Assembly (NCBI GenBank): GCA_951406725.2
Contig: OX597837.1
Location: 13,516,001-13,580,000 of the forward strand
Source of the DNA: Octopus vulgaris
Lineage: Eukaryota
DNA length: 64,000 bases
Reading direction: 5' to 3'
The notes beneath the pieces were generated by a model. It was not told the DNA's origin, did no database searches, and saw only the letters and a list, made by a program, of their open reading frames with translations. Both the position numbers and the translations under genes were made by a program. Below are positions 61,516 through 64,000 of this stretch, one piece after another (the stretch's first letter is position 1; each line of letters opens with the position of its first letter).

Positions 61516-64000
61516 TTTGGCAACCGCATCTATTACATGTGGAGGCACAATGGCCCAGTGGTTAAGGCAGCGGATTCACAGTCGGAGGATCACGGTTTTG
61601 ATTCCCAGACTGGGCGTTGTGTGTGTTTATTGAGTGAAAACACCTAAAGCTCCACGAGGCTCCAGCAGGGGGTGGTGGCGACCCCTGTTGTACTCTTTCG
61701 CCCCAACTTTCTCTCACTCTCTCTTCCTGTTTCTTGAGTCACGCTGCGATGGACTAGTGTCCCGTCCAGCTGGGGGGAACACATACGCCACAGAAACCGG
61801 GCCCATGAGCCTGGCTCGGCTTGAAAAGGGTGCATCATCATCATCATCGTTTAACGTTCGTTCTCCATGCTAGCATGGGTTGGACGGTTCGACCAGGATC
61901 TGGGAAGCCAGAAGGCTGCACCAGGCTCCAGTCTGGTTTGGCAGTGTTTCTACAGCTGGATGCCCTTCCTAATGCCTACCACTCCATGAGTGTAGTGGGT
62001 GCTTTTTACGTGCCAGGTGAGGCTGGCAACGACCATGATCGGATTGGTGCTTTTTACGTGCCACCGGCACGGAAGCCAGTCAAGGCGGCACTGGCATAAA
62101 TAAAAAAAAATGTTACATATGTGTATATGAAAGGAATGTCTGTTTTCCTGCTGGCATGGGTTGGACAGTATGACAGGAGCTGGCAAGGCTGGGAGCTGTA
62201 CCATGCCCCAGTGTCTGCCTTGGCAGGCTTTCTACAGCTTCAAGCCCTTCCTAATGGCAACGGCTTTACAAAGTGTACTGGGTGCTTTTTACGTGGTACC
62301 AGCACCAGTGCTTTTTGTGTGGCACAGTCACTGAAAAGGTCACCAAGTACATACACACATATACGATGGGATTCTTTCAGTACCACAACAGTACCAACTA
62401 TAAGTACCAGCTATAAGTACGCATGTGCAGAAAGCAGTGTGACAATAACAAAGATATGTTATGGCGAAAGTGCAGATAATTCTTGACTTCTCCTTGTACA
62501 TATATATGAGTGTATATATATGTTTCTTTACTACCCACAAGGGGCTAAACATAGAGGGGACAAACAAGGACAGACAAACGGATTAAGACGATTACATTGA
62601 CCCCAGTGTGTAACTGGTACTTAATTTATCGACCCCGAAAGGATGAAAGGCAAAGTTGACCTCAGCAGAATTTGAACTCAGAACGTAACGGCAGACGAAA
62701 TACTGCTAAGCATTTCGCCCGGCGTGCTAATGGTTCTGTCAGCTCGCAGGTGGTGGTGGTGGTGGTGGTGAGGGGTGAAGTTGCTTCTCAACATACATCG
62801 TTTCGAGATATGCCTTTTGCGATTTTACTCTGTTGTCTTCAGAAATTGAGAGAAAAAATCAAATTCAACTTCAGTCGATTTATCCGACTTTACCTCGGTC
62901 TCAGTAAACATTTTTATTTTTAAAAGCTTAAGAATTAGAAAAAAAACACCCAAAATTCAATACTGAAGTGGAAAATCAATTAAGGTAACCATTTACTGAA
63001 ATAGATATAAGCTAATAAAGTTTTTTTTATTTAATGTTTTTTCGTGTTATCTGGATTTTCGAGTGAAGTCAATTTGACTTGGAACCAATTACCGATGTTA
63101 GACTTGGAACCAATTACCAATGTTAGATGAGTTGTTTTCATTCATTTTTCATTTCCAGATATCGTTCATATAATCATTTCTTTTCTACTCTAGGCACAAG
63201 ACCCGAAATTTTGGCAGAGGGGTCCAATCGATTAGATCGACCCCAGTATGCAACTGGTACTTAATTTATCGACCCTGAAAGGAAGAAAGGCAAAGTTGAC
63301 CTTGGCGGAATTTGAACTCAGAGCGTAAAGATAGAGGAAATACTGCTAAGCATTTTTCCCAGCCTGCTAACGATTCTGCCAGCTCACTGCCTTTGGTTAT
63401 TCGTATAATGTTGCTGGAAATGTTTCACTAACTATAAGGTACAGAGATGGGTGTGTGGTTAATAAGGTCGCTTTGCAGTCAGGTGGTTTGCAGTTCAATC
63501 CCACTGCACAGCAAGTGTCTTCGACTTATAGTCTCTGATTCAATAAAAGCCTTGTGAGTGAATTTTGAAGGTGGAAAATGTATGGAAGCCCATCATGTGT
63601 ATGTGTGTCTTTGTTTGCTTCCCCCTCCATCAACACCACCTGACAACCAGTGTCCAACCATTTTGTACCATGACCAAGGACACACACTGAAATTGGCACC
63701 AAAACTGATTCTATTTATAGGCTGTGTTCATGGAACCTTATTGAACAATCTAGAATGGATGTCACGTGAACAACAACCACTGATTGGACGCTAACTCAGC
63801 TGCACGCATGATCAAGTCATTGTTATGTCAGGACACGAAATTCGTAATGTGGTAACACGAGTTCACGTTCTGTTGTAATATTATCTGTTTGTGAAGGTGG
63901 CAAGCTGGCAGAAACGTTAGCATGTCAGGCAAAATGCTTAGCAGTATTTCGTCTGTCTTTACATTCTTTGTTCAAATTCCGCTGAGGTCAATTTTGCCTT

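Overview
Eukaryotic, AT-rich, repeat-dense genomic DNA. The SINE and microsatellite content points to a coleoid cephalopod, probably Octopus (inference). There are two convergent spliced genes. (1) On the + strand is a SAPS-domain PP6 regulatory subunit (PPP6R3-like) with 23 phase-compatible coding exons from 3742 to the stop at 41042 (923 sense codons visible, ending NGPV*). Its first coding exon was not found and probably lies upstream of the window. (2) On the - strand is a complete 5-exon POLR2F/RPB6 gene (58480 to 51545, 129 aa). Introns carry several tRNA-derived SINE families, LINE 3' fragments, MITEs (hAT, piggyBac, Tc1/mariner types), a probable LTR, and Penelope-like remnants. The most notable observations are: several Penelope-type minimal hammerhead ribozyme motifs, one with a compensatory U3-A8 core in sense orientation in a PPP6R3 intron; a candidate 18-nt neural-type microexon; an apparently missing conserved 66-nt exon; and a near-perfect 123-bp foldback in POLR2F intron 1. 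Almost all ORFs in the supplied track are spurious. Everything was read by eye, with no searches run, and repeat boundaries are approximate.
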